Origin: an uncultured Verrucomicrobiae bacterium | GTDB lineage: Bacteria; Verrucomicrobiota; Verrucomicrobiia; Palsa-1439 | Assembly: GCA_963713705.1 (NCBI GenBank) | Contig: CAVQMY010000033.1 | Span: 20,203-84,202 of the forward strand | DNA: 64,000 bases | Direction of reading: 5' to 3' | Shown here: positions 37,689 through 48,159 of the stretch, piece after piece | How the letters are laid out: every line of letters starts with the position of its first letter | Numbering within the stretch: position 1 is the first letter of the stretch | The notes under the pieces: model-generated | What the model was told of the DNA's origin: nothing | The model's database searches: none | The model's input: the letters and a program-made list of their open reading frames with translations, nothing else | Translations under genes and position numbers: made by a program

Positions 37689-38459
37689 GTGCAAAAACAG
37701 ACAAAATCCGAGGGGCTATTCGTAGAGTATTGCAGACTCCGCGGCTACGAAGTGAGACGCCCAGGCTCGCCAGCGGATGGAGGCCCGTTTGCCGATTACG
37801 AAGTCCTTTTCGGTGATGCTCGAGTCATAGCAGAAATTAAGGAACTTCAGGCAAGTCCAGAGGATAAGAGAATCGCCAAGATAATTCAGGAACACCGCAT
37901 TGAGGTTTTCCATGAGGATATTGGTCGCAGGGTAAGAACACACCTTGAAGACGCGGAACACCAGCTCCGACGTTATGAGCAAGACAAAGTGCCTTGCCTA
38001 ATCGTGTTGTACCAGAACATAGTTGTAAACGGCTTTCATCTCCATCCCCCGAACTGGTGTCTCCGTTCTGACCAGATTGACGCAGGAATGTATGGCTTGC
38101 GGACTATAAATCTGCGTCTTTATCCGGGCGGGCGTATGGAATCCTTGGGCGACACTCGCGGGGGCAACCGAACCTTGCGACATCAGCACCGGGACAATGT
38201 GAGCGCCGTAGCGGTGCTTTGCGATGACGCGCCAGATCATGGCCGATTCTTGATTATCTACCACAACTACTACGCAAAGACTCCGTTGCCAAAGACCCTC
38301 TTCGCGCATCCGAAAGACTTCCAATTTAGGAAGCCAGACCATCCGAGAGCTCTGCCCAGGAGCTTGGGACAAAATCTAGCGAAACGGGCTCAGGTCGAAT
38401 CATTGATACATTTGCCAGCGGCGCAACGAAGATGCCACAAGGGTCAGTCTCTGACATGA
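37689..38459 (+). CDS. Orphan protein with an N-terminal PD-(D/E)xK nuclease-like motif
   Basis: GTG start. EGLFVEYCRLRGYEV...PFADYEVLFGDARVIAEIKEL gives E...D-X13-E-x-K. Lower GC than the surroundings. The C-terminal ~170 aa are unassigned. Confidence 0.45.
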   Translation: MQKQTKSEGLFVEYCRLRGYEVRRPGSPADGGPFADYEVLFGDARVIAEIKELQASPEDKRIAKIIQEHRIEVFHEDIGRRVRTHLEDAEHQLRRYEQDKVPCLIVLYQNIVVNGFHLHPPNWCLRSDQIDAGMYGLRTINLRLYPGGRMESLGDTRGGNRTLRHQHRDNVSAVAVLCDDAPDHGRFLIIYHNYYAKTPLPKTLFAHPKDFQFRKPDHPRALPRSLGQNLAKRAQVESLIHLPAAQRRCHKGQSLT

Positions 38460-38495
38460 TGAGTGTTGAAGGAAACAGCTCCCGGGGTTCCAACC

Positions 38496-38822
38496 TCACA
38501 GCCCCCCGTGGAATCGGCCGAATGCGCGAGCGAGCAGGACCGAAAAGACCAGGATGCCCGCCCCGAGGACAAGGACGTGCCGGGTCTTGCGCAGTTCGAA
38601 GTTCCCGACCCGGCACACAAGCAGATAGCCGACCGCAAGGTTGAAGAGGCCCCACAGGACATTGACCGTCGAGGACGACAACCCTACCCCGGGCGGGGAC
38701 GCGAAGGGACTCTGGAAAGCATGGCCCGAGATCCCATTGCCGAGATGGGGCAGCGCGTTCGCGAGGAAGGCGCCCCCGAAGAAGTACGCCACGTAGTGGT
38801 ACCAGCGCATGATTGTCTCCAT
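38496..38822 (-). CDS. Small membrane protein, unknown function
   Basis: Start at METIMRWYHYVAYFFGGAF. Three hydrophobic helices. Occupies the opposite strand of the spurious 5' extension of ORF 38463..40709. Confidence 0.5.
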   Translation of the reverse strand: METIMRWYHYVAYFFGGAFLANALPHLGNGISGHAFQSPFASPPGVGLSSSTVNVLWGLFNLAVGYLLVCRVGNFELRKTRHVLVLGAGILVFSVLLARAFGRFHGGL

Positions 38823-39122
38823 TTTGGAGTTCCATTCTCCCGCCCGGTTCCTTTCCGCGCAACAACAAACCTTGAACAAGTCCAGTGCAGAAGCCGGGGC
38901 CTAATCATCGATAAATTTGGCCTGATGGGGCCGAAGCAGGTGGCTTGGACGAGGGTGGCCATACAGAAGCTCATCATCGGAGCGAAGGCATGGTCTCAGA
39001 ATCGGCTGGTCAGCACTGTCACACCTGATACCATAAGTGCTCGTCAGACGGAATGGCCCGCGATAGTCGCGGGCGTATGTCAGGGGACAATGTCGGGTGA
39101 CGTGACGATGGTTCGTGCCATA

Positions 39123-40709
39123 ATGATTAGATCCAAAATGAACAACGGTTGGTGGCGGGCCTTCACATGTGTTGCCGGTCTGTTTGGCTGCTGGGTCGTC
39201 GCGCCGGGAATCGGCCGCGCGCAGGTCAATGTGTTGACCTACCACAATGACAATGCTCGGACGGGACAGAACCTGAACGAAACCGTGCTCGCGTTGACGA
39301 ACGTCAATGCCACCCAGTTTGGCAGACTGTTCTCCTTGGCCGTGGACGGCTACGTGTACGCGCAGCCGCTGTATGTTTCCAACGTGAGCATCCCCAGCAA
39401 CGGCGTTCACAATGTCGTCTACGTCGCCACCGAGCACGATTCCGTGTACGCGTTCGATGCCGACACCAAGGCGGCGCCGCTCTGGAAGACGAGTTTCCTG
39501 AGCAAGAAGCCGTCGGTTAAATCGGTGCCGTCGTCAGAGGCGCACTGCGGTGACCTCGTGCCGGAAATTGGCATCACGGGGACGCCGGTGATTGATCCCA
39601 CTACCGGCACGCTGTATGTCGTCGGCAACACGAAGGAAGGCACCAACTTTATCCAGCGACTGCACGCGCTGGACATCGCGACCGGCCGCGAAAAATTCGG
39701 CGGGCCGGTGACAATTACAGCGTCCGTGGCCGGAACCGGCGACGGGAGTGACGATGGCACAATTCAATTTAACGCCCTGATCGGGAACCAGCGGCCCGGA
39801 TTGCTGCTGCTCAACGGCGTTGTCTACATTGCCTGGGCATCCCATTGCGATCTGGGGCTGTATCATGGCTGGATCCTCGGCTACGGGGCGACAAACCTTC
39901 AGCAGGTCGCTATGTTCAACACGACACCCAATGGCGGGCTGGGTGGCATTTGGATGAGCGGCGGCGGTCTGAGCGCCGACTCGAATGGGATCATTTACGC
40001 CGCGACGGGCAATGGCACGTTTGACGCCAACCTCGGCGGCATCGATTTCGGTGACAGTGTTCTCAAGCTCAGTAGCACCGGCGGATTGGCCGTGGTCGAT
40101 TATTTTACCCCGTTCAACCAGCAAATGCTCGCCGACGAGGACCTTGATCTCGGCTCCGGCGGCGTTCTGGTGGTGCCCACGCAATCCGCAACCGTTTCCA
40201 ACCTGCTCGTCGCGTGTGGCAAGCAGGGAACCGTCTACGTAGTGAATCGGGACAACCTGGGGCACTTTCAAAGCGGCAGCGACAGCCAGATCGTGCAGTC
40301 AGTGACCAACTTGCTGAAGGCGTCATTTGATACGCCGGCCTACTGGAACGGCCGCGTGTACTATGCCGGCGTGGACAATCCGGTCGAAGCCTTCGCCATT
40401 ACCAATGGCCAGCTCTCCAGCAGTCCCGTGTCAGTAAGCGCCGTCGCCTTCGGGTTTCCAGGCGCGACACCTTCCATCTCCGCCAACGGCGCAACCAATG
40501 GAATCGTTTGGGCCATCCAGAGAAGCGGCAAGGCCACCCTGCGGGCCTACGACGCCAACAATCTTAAGCACGAACTGTACAGTAGTTCGACGCGGCACGG
40601 TGACAGCCCGGGCGAGGCGGTTAAATTCGCCGTCCCGACGGTGGCGAATGGGAAGGTCTACGTTGGCGTCCAGCGAAGTCTTGCGGTGTACGGATTGCGG
40701 CCCGATTGA
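39123..40709 (+). CDS. Secreted PQQ-like beta-propeller repeat protein
   Basis: Signal peptide MIRSKMNNGWWRAFTCVAGLFGCWVVAPGIGRAQ. Repeated VYVATEHDSVYAFD / GTLYVVGN / GVVYIAW / GIIYAATGNG / GTVYVVN / GRVYYAG / GKVYVG blades. Confidence 0.75.
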   Translation: MIRSKMNNGWWRAFTCVAGLFGCWVVAPGIGRAQVNVLTYHNDNARTGQNLNETVLALTNVNATQFGRLFSLAVDGYVYAQPLYVSNVSIPSNGVHNVVYVATEHDSVYAFDADTKAAPLWKTSFLSKKPSVKSVPSSEAHCGDLVPEIGITGTPVIDPTTGTLYVVGNTKEGTNFIQRLHALDIATGREKFGGPVTITASVAGTGDGSDDGTIQFNALIGNQRPGLLLLNGVVYIAWASHCDLGLYHGWILGYGATNLQQVAMFNTTPNGGLGGIWMSGGGLSADSNGIIYAATGNGTFDANLGGIDFGDSVLKLSSTGGLAVVDYFTPFNQQMLADEDLDLGSGGVLVVPTQSATVSNLLVACGKQGTVYVVNRDNLGHFQSGSDSQIVQSVTNLLKASFDTPAYWNGRVYYAGVDNPVEAFAITNGQLSSSPVSVSAVAFGFPGATPSISANGATNGIVWAIQRSGKATLRAYDANNLKHELYSSSTRHGDSPGEAVKFAVPTVANGKVYVGVQRSLAVYGLRPD

Positions 40710-40829
40710 TCTCGGCGGCGACGCGGCCAGCACCGTATCGAAAGTCCATCCAAATGCCTTGCTTTTTTCGCCAATTTCACTAGATTGTCCCGCCTTCTGA
40801 AGTAGTGCATACTCTGCTCAGATGTCATT

Positions 40830-42665
40830 ATGAACAGCAAATTTCGCAATATCGGCATCATCGCGCACGTTGACCATGGCAAAACCACGCTCGTGGACAA
40901 GCTCCTGCGCGAGGGCGGGGTCTATCGCGCCAATCAGGCGATGGAGGAACGCGCCATGGACTCCATGGACCTCGAGAAAGAGAAGGGCATCACCATCAAG
41001 GCCAAGAACGCTTCCGTCCACTGGGGCGGTCACACGATCAATATCGTGGATACTCCCGGCCACGCCGATTTCGGCGGCGAAGTCGAGCGCATCCTCGGCA
41101 TGGTCGACGGCGTGTTGTTGCTGGTGGACGCATTTGACGGCCCGCAGGCGCAGACGCGTTTCGTGTTGAAAAAGGCGCTCGGCCATGGCCTGAAGGTCAT
41201 CGTGGTCATCAACAAGATCGACCGCGAACACGCCGACCCCCACAAGATGCACGACAAGGTGCTGGAGTTGCTTCTGGAACTCAACGCCACGGAAGAACAG
41301 TTCAATGCCCCGTTCATTTACGCCAGCGCGCGCGATGGCTACGCGCTGAAGAAGCTCGGCGACAAACACAATGGCATGACGCCGCTCTTCGAGGCCATTG
41401 TGAAACATATTCCCGCGCCCGCCGCCAATATCAAGGCGCCCTTTCAAATGCTCGTCAGCAATCTCGACTGGAGCGATTACGTTGGACGCATCGCCATCGG
41501 CAAGATCACCGGCGGTCACGTCAAGGTGGGCGACTCGATCGTGTGTATCCACAAGGACGGCAAGCGCGAGCGCGCGTCGGTCACGAAGGTCTGGGAGTTC
41601 AGTGGCCTCAAGTCCGGCGAAATCGTCGACGGCGTGGCGGGGAATATCGTTGGCATTTCCGGCTTCGAAGAACTGGCCATTGGCGAAACGCTGTGCGATA
41701 GCGAAGAGCGCGAGCCGGTTCCGTGGACGGAACTCGATCCGCCCACCATCCAGATGCAGTTTGCCGTCAACGATGGTCCGCTGGCCGGCAAAGACGGCAA
41801 ATTTGTGACCGCGCGCCATATTCGCGAACGGCTTTACAAAGAAATTCGGACAAACATCTCGCTGCAAGTGCAAGACACCGAGGCGGCCTACATTTTCCTC
41901 GTCAATGCTCGTGGTGAAATGCAGATCGCGGTCCTCGTCGAGCAAATGCGCCGCGAGGGCTATGAAGTCCTGGTCTCGCGCCCCGAAGTGATTTTGAAGA
42001 AGGATTCCGAGGGCCGCACGCTCGAGCCGTTCGAGACGTTGTGGATCGAGATTCCCAACGAATGTCTCGGCGATGTGATGCAAAATCTCGCGGGTCGCAA
42101 GGCGCAGATCACCCATATGCAGCACCATCCGCATGGCGTCAGCCTGGAATGCACCATCCCAACTCGCGGGCTGATCGGTTTGGAGACCGACATGGTCAAC
42201 CTCACCAGCGGCCGCGGTGTGATGAGCCATATGTTCAAGAGCTACGAGCCGTTCAGCGGCGAAATCACCACCCGGCTCACCGGTACGCTCGTCTCCATGG
42301 AAACCGGCATCGCCACCGCGTGGGCGCTCAACAATATCCAGGAACGCGGTCGCCTCTTCGTCGGCCCGCAGGAAGAAGTCTACGAGGGGATGATTGTCGG
42401 CGAAAACCCACGCGCGGAAGACATGCCCGTCAACCCGACCAAGACCAAGCATTTGACGAATATGCGCAGTCAGGGAGATGGCAAAGGCATCCAGTTGGAG
42501 CCGGCCCTGAAGATGAGCCTGGAGCGCGCCATCGAGTATATCGCCGTTGACGAATACGTGGAAGCCACGCCGAAGAACCTCCGCCTCCGCAAGAAGATCC
42601 TCAATGCGACGCAGCGGAAACGCGCTGCCATGTCCCAGCAGTCAACCGCGGAAGCTATCGCGTAA
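40830..42665 (+). CDS. typA: Translational GTPase TypA/BipA
   Basis: IAHVDHGKTTLVD, DTPGHADFGGEVER and NKID motifs. Full-length at 611 aa. Confidence 0.96.
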   Translation: MNSKFRNIGIIAHVDHGKTTLVDKLLREGGVYRANQAMEERAMDSMDLEKEKGITIKAKNASVHWGGHTINIVDTPGHADFGGEVERILGMVDGVLLLVDAFDGPQAQTRFVLKKALGHGLKVIVVINKIDREHADPHKMHDKVLELLLELNATEEQFNAPFIYASARDGYALKKLGDKHNGMTPLFEAIVKHIPAPAANIKAPFQMLVSNLDWSDYVGRIAIGKITGGHVKVGDSIVCIHKDGKRERASVTKVWEFSGLKSGEIVDGVAGNIVGISGFEELAIGETLCDSEEREPVPWTELDPPTIQMQFAVNDGPLAGKDGKFVTARHIRERLYKEIRTNISLQVQDTEAAYIFLVNARGEMQIAVLVEQMRREGYEVLVSRPEVILKKDSEGRTLEPFETLWIEIPNECLGDVMQNLAGRKAQITHMQHHPHGVSLECTIPTRGLIGLETDMVNLTSGRGVMSHMFKSYEPFSGEITTRLTGTLVSMETGIATAWALNNIQERGRLFVGPQEEVYEGMIVGENPRAEDMPVNPTKTKHLTNMRSQGDGKGIQLEPALKMSLERAIEYIAVDEYVEATPKNLRLRKKILNATQRKRAAMSQQSTAEAIA

Positions 42666-42756
42666 TGTCTTCCATGGCAGTTCCTGAAAATTAATTCCAT
42701 TCACGCTTGTCCACACCCGCGTTCAGGGGTACATATTGTCAAGGAGAATCACAACG

Positions 42757-44246
42757 ATGACGAGTTCTGTGTTGGGTCGCACGGATGTGCCAGTGTTGGT
42801 CGGCGGGCAATGGATGTCACAGGGTGACGGCGCTTTCACCGACGTCCATAATCCCTCAACCGGTGAGACGATTGCCCGCACGCCGATGTGTGGCGCGGCG
42901 ATTGTCGATTCGGCTGTACAGGCGGCGAGGCGCGCGTATGGCCCGTGGTCAAATACACCGGCCCCTCGTCGCGCAGAAATTCTGTTCAAGTACCGCAACC
43001 TGCTGACGGAGCATCTCGAAGAGTTGGCGCGGCTCATCACTCGCGAGAATGGCAAGACGCTCGACGAAGCGCGCGGCGATGTGAAGCGCGGAATGGAAGT
43101 CGTCGAACTTTCTTGTGGCATTGCCCAGTTGCTCAAGGGCGAGGTCGTGCCGCAGGTCGCCGCCGAAATTGACGGAATGACCACGCGCGAGCCGATTGGT
43201 GTCTGCGCCGGCATCACCCCATTCAATTTTCCCGCGATGGTTCCGATGTGGATGTTTCCCTTGGCGATCGCTTGTGGCAACACGTTCATTCTCAAGCCGA
43301 GTGAGAAAGTCCCGCTAACAACGTTGCGACTGGCCGAGTTGTTCATGGAAGCCGGATTGCCCGAGGGCGTGTTCAATGTGGTGCACGGGGGGCGCGAAGT
43401 TGTCGACGCCATCTGTGTGCATCCCGATATCGTCGCGGTCAGCTTCGTTGGGTCATCGGGCGTGGCTCAGCATGTCTACACCCTTGGCTGTCAGCACGGC
43501 AAGCGCGTCCAGGCTGCGGGCGGCGCGAAGAACGTCCTCGTCGTCATGCCCGATGCGGATCCGGAACCGACCTTGCGCGCGATCATGGGCTCATCGTACG
43601 GCTGCGCGGGTCAACGATGCATGGCCGGATCGCTCTTGCTGGGGGTGGGGGAGGCGGCCGATGGCCTGCAGCGCCGCGTCCTCGAAGCCATCGACAACTT
43701 GAAGGTCGGGAATACATACGACGATCCCACCGCGCAAATGGGGCCGGTCATTGATGCAGGAGCACGCGAACGCATTCGCCAGTATATCGATACAGGCGTC
43801 GGCGAAGGCGCCAATCTGGTACGCGACGGTCGCACCCTCAAGGCGGAGCGTGGGTACTTCGTCGGCCCGACGCTGTTTGACAATGTGACGCCGGAGATGA
43901 AGATCGCGCGGGAAGAAATCTTTGGCCGGTGCTCTCGATGTTGCGTGCCCGGACAATCGAGGAAGCCATCGAATGGACCAACCGCAGCGGCTATGGCAAC
44001 GGCGCAACCATTTTCACCAGCAGCGGCAAGCATGCCCGCGATTTCGCCCGAGGCGTCCAGTGCGGTATGGTCGGCATCAATGTCGGTGTGCCCGCGCCGA
44101 CGGCGATCTTCTCGTTCTCGGGTTGGAACCGCTCGTTCTTCGGCGACTTGCATGTGCAGGGTATGGAAGGCGTCATGTTCTACACGCGCCAGAAGCTTGT
44201 TCTCTCGCGTTGGGATCGGGGTTACCAACGACAATTCGGCTGGTAA
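42757..44246 (+). pseudogene. mmsA: CoA-acylating methylmalonate-semialdehyde dehydrogenase, one frameshift (likely 1-nt deletion error)
   Basis: ALDH motifs FILKPSEKVP and GQRCMA. After REEIFG the protein continues in ORF 43929..44246 (PVLSMLRARTIEEAIEW...). A C is missing at GGCC 43924-43927. Adding 1 nt gives 497 codons. Confidence 0.88.
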
Positions 44247-44382
44247 ACCAAACACCGTATCAGTCCAAACCGAGCCGTCGGCTTTGTCGGCTCTTCGATT
44301 CGCTCGAACGCGTGAATCAGTAAACCGCTTGCATTTCGCGGTGGAGTCTGAAAAATACCCACGCGATTCGGAAAGGATCCTC

Positions 44383-46620
44383 ATGGCAGCCAACGGTTTT
44401 ATCGGTATTGGAAACGCCAAATCCGTGGAACGGCAGGAGACGGCGGTCGAGTTGGTGTGCGCGCATGGCCGCGTGCGCGTGACCGCCCTCGCCGACGGCA
44501 TCGTGCGCGTCCGCGCGACGCAGGCCAGTGAGTTCGGGCCCGATTTCTCGTATGCCATCGCCAAAACACACTGGCCAAAACTGACTGCGACGGTTCGGAA
44601 CGGACCGAAGACGATCACCCTTCGCACAAGGAAACTGGTGGTGACGATCCAGAAGTCGCCACTGCGAATCGAGTTCTCAACACCCGACGGTCGGCAGTTG
44701 AACGGGGATGAGGCGACACGGGGCATCGGCTGGGACGGCCCGAAGTGCCGCAGCCATCGCACCCTGGATGCCGAAGAAAAATTCTTCGGTTGCGGCGAGA
44801 AGACCGGCCCGCTCAACAGGCGCGGTTCGAAAACGACCTTTTGGAACACGGACGACCCGAATCACACCTACGCCACCGAGGCGCTCTACGTTTCCATTCC
44901 GTTTCTGATCTCGACCCGGCCCGGCGCGCACTACGGCATTTTCTGGGACAACACGCATCGCACGCATTTTAATCTCGGCCAGGTCCAGGGTGAAAATCAT
45001 TACATCCTGGAATCCGAAGCGGGCGAGATCGACTACTACTTCCTGGGGGGTGATTCCGTGCCGGAGCTCGTCCGGGCCTACTCGGAATTGACGGGGCGAA
45101 TGTGGATGCCGCCGCGCTGGGCCCTCGGCTTTCAACAGTGCCGCTGGAGCTACGGGAGCGCCGACGAGATCATGGATGTCGCGAACAATTTCCGCAAACG
45201 CAAGATTCCCTGCGACGTGATCTACTGCGACATCGATTACATGGACGGCTTTCGCGTGTTTACCTGGAACCCGAAGACGTTCCCGCGTCCACGCGAGATG
45301 ATCCAGAAGTTGCGCAAGATGGGTTTCCGACTGGTTACGATCATCGATCCCGGCGTGAAAAGCGACGACGGTTACGCCGTGTGTCGCGACGGGAAAGAGA
45401 AGGGGATGTTCCTGAAGAATCCCGACGGTTCGTGGTTCACCGGCAACGTGTGGCCCGGTGAATGCGTGTTTCCCGATTTCACCAGCGCCCGCGTCCGTCA
45501 ATGGTGGGGCTCATGGCACAAGGAATTGCTCGATGTGGGCGTCGCGGGCATTTGGAATGACATGAACGAGCCTGCCGTGTGGAATCATCCCGGCGGCACG
45601 ATGCCAATCGATATCCCGCACGAGTACGAGGGACAGTGGACCACACACCAGCGCGCCCATAATGTCTATGGCCTCAACATGGCGCGCGCCTGTTACGAAG
45701 CGTTGCGTACGCTCCGCCCGAACGAGCGTCCGTTCGTCATCACGCGCGCCGCGTACGCCGGCATTCAGCGCCATTCGATGGTCTGGACGGGCGATAACCA
45801 AAGCCTGTGGGAGCAGCTCGCCGTCAGCATCCCGGAGTGTCTCAATCTCAGCCTCTCCGGCGTTCCGTTTTGCGGGCCGGATGTCGGCGGATTCGGACGC
45901 GATTGTACGGGCGAACTCCTCGCGCGTTGGACACAGGCGGGCGCGTTCTTCCCATTCTTCCGCAACCACACCGCCATCGGAACGCGTCACCAGGAACCAT
46001 GGACGTTTGGCAAGGAAGTCGAAGACATCTGCCGCCACTACATCAGCCTCCGCTACCAACTTCTGCCGTATTTCTACAATCTGTTCCACGAAGCGGCGCA
46101 GGACGGCACGCCCATCATCCGTCCGCTGTTCTGGGAATTCCCCGACGATCCCAACGGATACGCCGTGGAGGATCAGTTCCTACTCGGCCCATCACTGCTC
46201 GTGGCACCCGTTGCCCACCCAGGAGCCCGACAACGGGCTGTTTATCTGCCCGTCAGCAGCGAATGGTATGACTATTGGACGAAGCAGAAACATGCTGGCG
46301 GAAAATACGTCACCGTGTCCGCGCCACTCGATACGCTTCCATTGTTCGTCCGTGCCGGTTCCATCATTCCCATGACCGCGCCCATCGAATTCGTCGACCA
46401 GAAGCGATCCACCGAAATCATTCTCGATATCTATCCCGGCAAGAAAACCACGGGCTATCTCTACGAGGACGATGGCGAAAGCTTCGACCACGAGCGCGGT
46501 GCCTACTCGCTGACACTCTTGACATGGAAGAATAGCGGGCTGAAAGTAGTCAAGAGGAAGTCGGGTTATGCATCGGCCGCGAAGAACTTCGAGGTTCGCG
46601 TGCTGGGCAAGAAAGCGTAA
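44383..46620 (+). CDS. GH31 alpha-glucosidase
   Basis: GH31 catalytic signature GIWNDMNEPA. Its own ATG at 44383 is in the same frame as the artefactual 1294-aa ORF. Confidence 0.88.
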   Translation: MAANGFIGIGNAKSVERQETAVELVCAHGRVRVTALADGIVRVRATQASEFGPDFSYAIAKTHWPKLTATVRNGPKTITLRTRKLVVTIQKSPLRIEFSTPDGRQLNGDEATRGIGWDGPKCRSHRTLDAEEKFFGCGEKTGPLNRRGSKTTFWNTDDPNHTYATEALYVSIPFLISTRPGAHYGIFWDNTHRTHFNLGQVQGENHYILESEAGEIDYYFLGGDSVPELVRAYSELTGRMWMPPRWALGFQQCRWSYGSADEIMDVANNFRKRKIPCDVIYCDIDYMDGFRVFTWNPKTFPRPREMIQKLRKMGFRLVTIIDPGVKSDDGYAVCRDGKEKGMFLKNPDGSWFTGNVWPGECVFPDFTSARVRQWWGSWHKELLDVGVAGIWNDMNEPAVWNHPGGTMPIDIPHEYEGQWTTHQRAHNVYGLNMARACYEALRTLRPNERPFVITRAAYAGIQRHSMVWTGDNQSLWEQLAVSIPECLNLSLSGVPFCGPDVGGFGRDCTGELLARWTQAGAFFPFFRNHTAIGTRHQEPWTFGKEVEDICRHYISLRYQLLPYFYNLFHEAAQDGTPIIRPLFWEFPDDPNGYAVEDQFLLGPSLLVAPVAHPGARQRAVYLPVSSEWYDYWTKQKHAGGKYVTVSAPLDTLPLFVRAGSIIPMTAPIEFVDQKRSTEIILDIYPGKKTTGYLYEDDGESFDHERGAYSLTLLTWKNSGLKVVKRKSGYASAAKNFEVRVLGKKA

Positions 46621-46635
46621 CCGCCAAACGGGAGA

Positions 46636-46983
46636 ATGCTCATGAGCGATGACAAGCGAAAACTCTCAGATTGGTACGTGCCACCAGAACTTATTGGTAT
46701 GTTCCTATTTTTCTTCGTCCCGCTAATTGGGATTCTCTGCGCCATGCTTTTACCACTACTCAATCAGGCCCGACGTAGAGGAGATGCGACATTAGTATAT
46801 GTTGCTCTCCTCTTCGGAATAATCGGGATCATGCTGCTATTCTTCGCCCGCTTGCCGCTCTACAAACAGCGCAAGTTCTTTACGTTCGGTTCTCGAGCCT
46901 TGGATGCGCCGCACCGGAAACTGTACCATTGGGCATATGTATTCGTTGGTGCCTGCGTTCTGCTCATGATTATGCTGCTATAG
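46636..46983 (+). CDS. Small membrane protein, unknown function
   Basis: 115 aa with three or four hydrophobic helices. Noticeably AT-richer than its neighbours. Confidence 0.5.
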   Translation: MLMSDDKRKLSDWYVPPELIGMFLFFFVPLIGILCAMLLPLLNQARRRGDATLVYVALLFGIIGIMLLFFARLPLYKQRKFFTFGSRALDAPHRKLYHWAYVFVGACVLLMIMLL

Positions 46984-46991
46984 AACGTGTG

Positions 46992-47543
46992 TCACAGCCG
47001 TGAGACGAACGCATTGCCCTTGATGTAAAACCGCAGGTGTCTTTTTGCCCAGCGGCCCGCGTAATCAACGCCAATTCTTGGTCTCTTGACGATCGTGAAT
47101 GCCTTTCCCTTCGTCGGCGCGGCGATGTAGAAATCGTCGCTCAAGAGATCATGGGCGTTGAGGCGCTTGTCGATTCCCATGGCCTTGCAAAGCAGTCCCG
47201 GTCCCTGCGTTCGACCATTGACGTTCTGGATGGGCTCCACCGCCCGCAGCAACACCGCCGAGGCATGGCCCTCGCGTTCGGTCACGACGTTCATGCAGTA
47301 GTACATCCCGTAAATCATGTACACGTAGGCATGACCGGGCGGACCGAACATCACTTTTGTCCGTTCGGTCAGTCCACGCGCCGAATGCGCCGCGAGATCG
47401 TGTGGTCCGAGATAGGCCTCGACTTCGACAATCCGCCCGACGCGTTCCTCGCCTTTGCAGACATGAATCAGGTGCTTCCCGAGGAGTTCTCTGGCGACAA
47501 GGACCGTATCGCGGTCGTAGAAGGCGCGAGAAAGTTTGCGCAT
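46992..47543 (-). CDS. mpg: DNA-3-methyladenine glycosylase (Mpg/AAG family)
   Basis: VARELLGK...GRIVEVEAYLG..D.A.H......T.R...MFGPPGHAYVYMIYGMYYCMNVV. Confidence 0.9.
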   Translation of the reverse strand: MRKLSRAFYDRDTVLVARELLGKHLIHVCKGEERVGRIVEVEAYLGPHDLAAHSARGLTERTKVMFGPPGHAYVYMIYGMYYCMNVVTEREGHASAVLLRAVEPIQNVNGRTQGPGLLCKAMGIDKRLNAHDLLSDDFYIAAPTKGKAFTIVKRPRIGVDYAGRWAKRHLRFYIKGNAFVSRL

Positions 47544-47553
47544 CGCAACCGCC

Positions 47554-48145
47554 TCACTTTCGCCGCATCAAGATGGACCAGCCGAGCGGACGGAAAGCCG
47601 ACTTGTTCGAAGCGAACCGGAACTCGCGTAGCTCCACGACGTCAAACAGTGGCTCCAGTTCCACACGGACATCGTCTTCACTGACCACAGGCGGACCGGG
47701 ATCGGTGTCCTCTTTGGCATTGCCGGCCAGGCTCAACCACCAACTACCGGGGCGCGTGGATTTCCGGAGAAACTCCTGGAACCGTTTCAGGTCGATCGTC
47801 CGCACACAGTGATAGACGCCGCGGTCGAACAGGATGTCGTACGGCCCACCGAGATCGTCCTTCAACACGTCCGCGACACGAAAGTCCACAGTAACGTCGG
47901 CAGTACGGGCTTTGTCTCGGGCGATGCGGATGGCTGGCTCGGCAATATCCACGGCTGTAACGAGAAATCCCCGCCGCGCCAGTTCGACGGCATTTGTTCC
48001 CGGTCCCGCATCCAAATTCCAGGACCGTCTCGCCCGTCAGTTTCCCCGTACCCAGGACACGGAGCAATTCTTCGCTCGGCTTCCCCGAGTCCCACGGAGT
48101 TTCTCCCCGGAGATATCGGTCCGTGAAATCAACCGTCTCGGCCAT
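47554..48145 (-). pseudogene. Class I SAM-dependent methyltransferase (TPMT-like), one frameshift (likely 1-nt insertion error)
   Basis: The SAM motif VLEFGCGTG is interrupted. Removing one A (plus-strand TT 47997-47998) restores GCGTGTNAVELARRGFLVTAVD. 591 nt gives 197 codons. Confidence 0.75.
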
Positions 48146-48159
48146 AGCCAACGCGCGGG

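Noticed and set aside
36711-38900. Possible tRNA-Ala-targeted genomic island
   Set aside because: The lower-GC genes lie on the 5' side of the tRNA (which is on the minus strand). I found no direct repeat of the tRNA 3' end and no integrase. The classical att-site model is therefore unsupported.
38463-39122. 220-aa N-terminal extension of the beta-propeller ORF
   Set aside because: The extension is highly charged with no signal peptide. It overlaps a credible opposite-strand membrane-protein gene (38496..38822). A good signal peptide begins at Met 39123.
40818-42452. Long antisense ORFs opposite typA (also 34237..35985 opposite pnp, 22109..23191 opposite serA, 14555..15667 opposite infB, 23278..24219 and 24216..24974 opposite serA/malQ)
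   Set aside because: These are typical GC-rich shadow ORFs. They have Arg/Gly/Asp/His-rich composition, match no family, and each lies fully inside a strongly supported gene on the other strand.
42736-46620. 1294-aa mega-ORF apparently fusing an aldehyde dehydrogenase to a GH31 glucosidase
   Set aside because: After REEIFG the translation becomes low-complexity Arg/Ser/Ala junk for ~150 aa, while the true MmsA C-terminus continues in ORF 43929..44246. The glucosidase has its own ATG at 44383. The long ORF is a by-product of a 1-nt deletion plus chance openness of a GC-rich frame.
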